NCBI GenBank assembly: GCA_025839675.1
Contig: CP104013.1
Coordinates: 4,410,001-4,442,000, forward strand
DNA from: Candidatus Lokiarchaeum ossiferum
GTDB lineage: Archaea; Asgardarchaeota; Lokiarchaeia; Sigyniarchaeales; Promethearchaeaceae
Direction: 5' to 3'
DNA: 32,000 nt
Under the pieces are notes generated by a model. It saw only the letters and a list, made by a program, of their open reading frames with translations, ran no database searches and had not been told where the DNA came from. Position numbers and translations under genes: made by a program. Shown one piece after another: positions 31,985 to 32,000 of the stretch (position 1 is its first letter; the number at the start of each line of letters is the position of its first letter).

Positions 31985-32000
31985 ACAAATCCATGGAATG

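Noticed and set aside
1-32000. A search for CRISPR arrays, tRNA/rRNA genes, transposases or integrases, and TrmB TGM-type operators (TATCAC-N5-GTGATA).
   Set aside because: There are no regularly spaced direct repeats and no GC-rich islands of tRNA or rRNA size in this AT-rich background. No DDE or tyrosine-recombinase motifs are present. The isolated TATCAC (27793) and GTGATA (14894) half-sites lack partners.

Overview
This is a gene-dense, very AT-rich chromosomal segment. I support about 34 protein-coding genes, and I found no rRNA, tRNA, CRISPR array, transposase or integrase. Several genes are archaeal hallmarks: a TFB/TFIIB-family factor, flap endonuclease FEN-1, a TrmB-type regulator, and a PGF-CTERM-like surface glycoprotein. 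Several others resemble eukaryotic signature proteins: a Rab/Ras-like small GTPase, a DRG-family GTPase with a TGS domain, one generic longin-like protein, and one protein that looks like the FLCN/Lst7 longin domain. Taken together this suggests an Asgard (Lokiarchaeia-like) archaeon, but that assignment is inference from gene content and composition only.

The remaining genes are housekeeping or accessory enzymes: MBL hydrolases, a metallophosphoesterase, an RlmN-type radical SAM enzyme, a nitroreductase, DUF362, DUF2156, an M3-like peptidase, an SDR, an AKR, an HxlR regulator and a GNAT.

The observations most worth following up are:
- the stand-alone FLCN/Lst7-like longin protein, which retains the 'ARG' arginine-finger motif (12360-12890);
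- a minus-strand cluster of a radical SAM enzyme, a polyprenyl-synthase homolog with a degenerate second Asp-rich motif, a DDxxD helical protein and TrmB (7701-11360);
- an 18-nt homopolymer inside an orphan N6-adenine DNA methyltransferase gene (2908-2925);
- a DRG-like GTPase lacking the canonical DxxG motif (5678-6901);
- a protein combining zinc fingers, a polyacidic core and a basic tail (11486-12340);
- a 1.15-kb ORF-poor region (26779-27925).

All functional calls come from motif recognition by eye and from remembered family consensus sequences. No database search was run.
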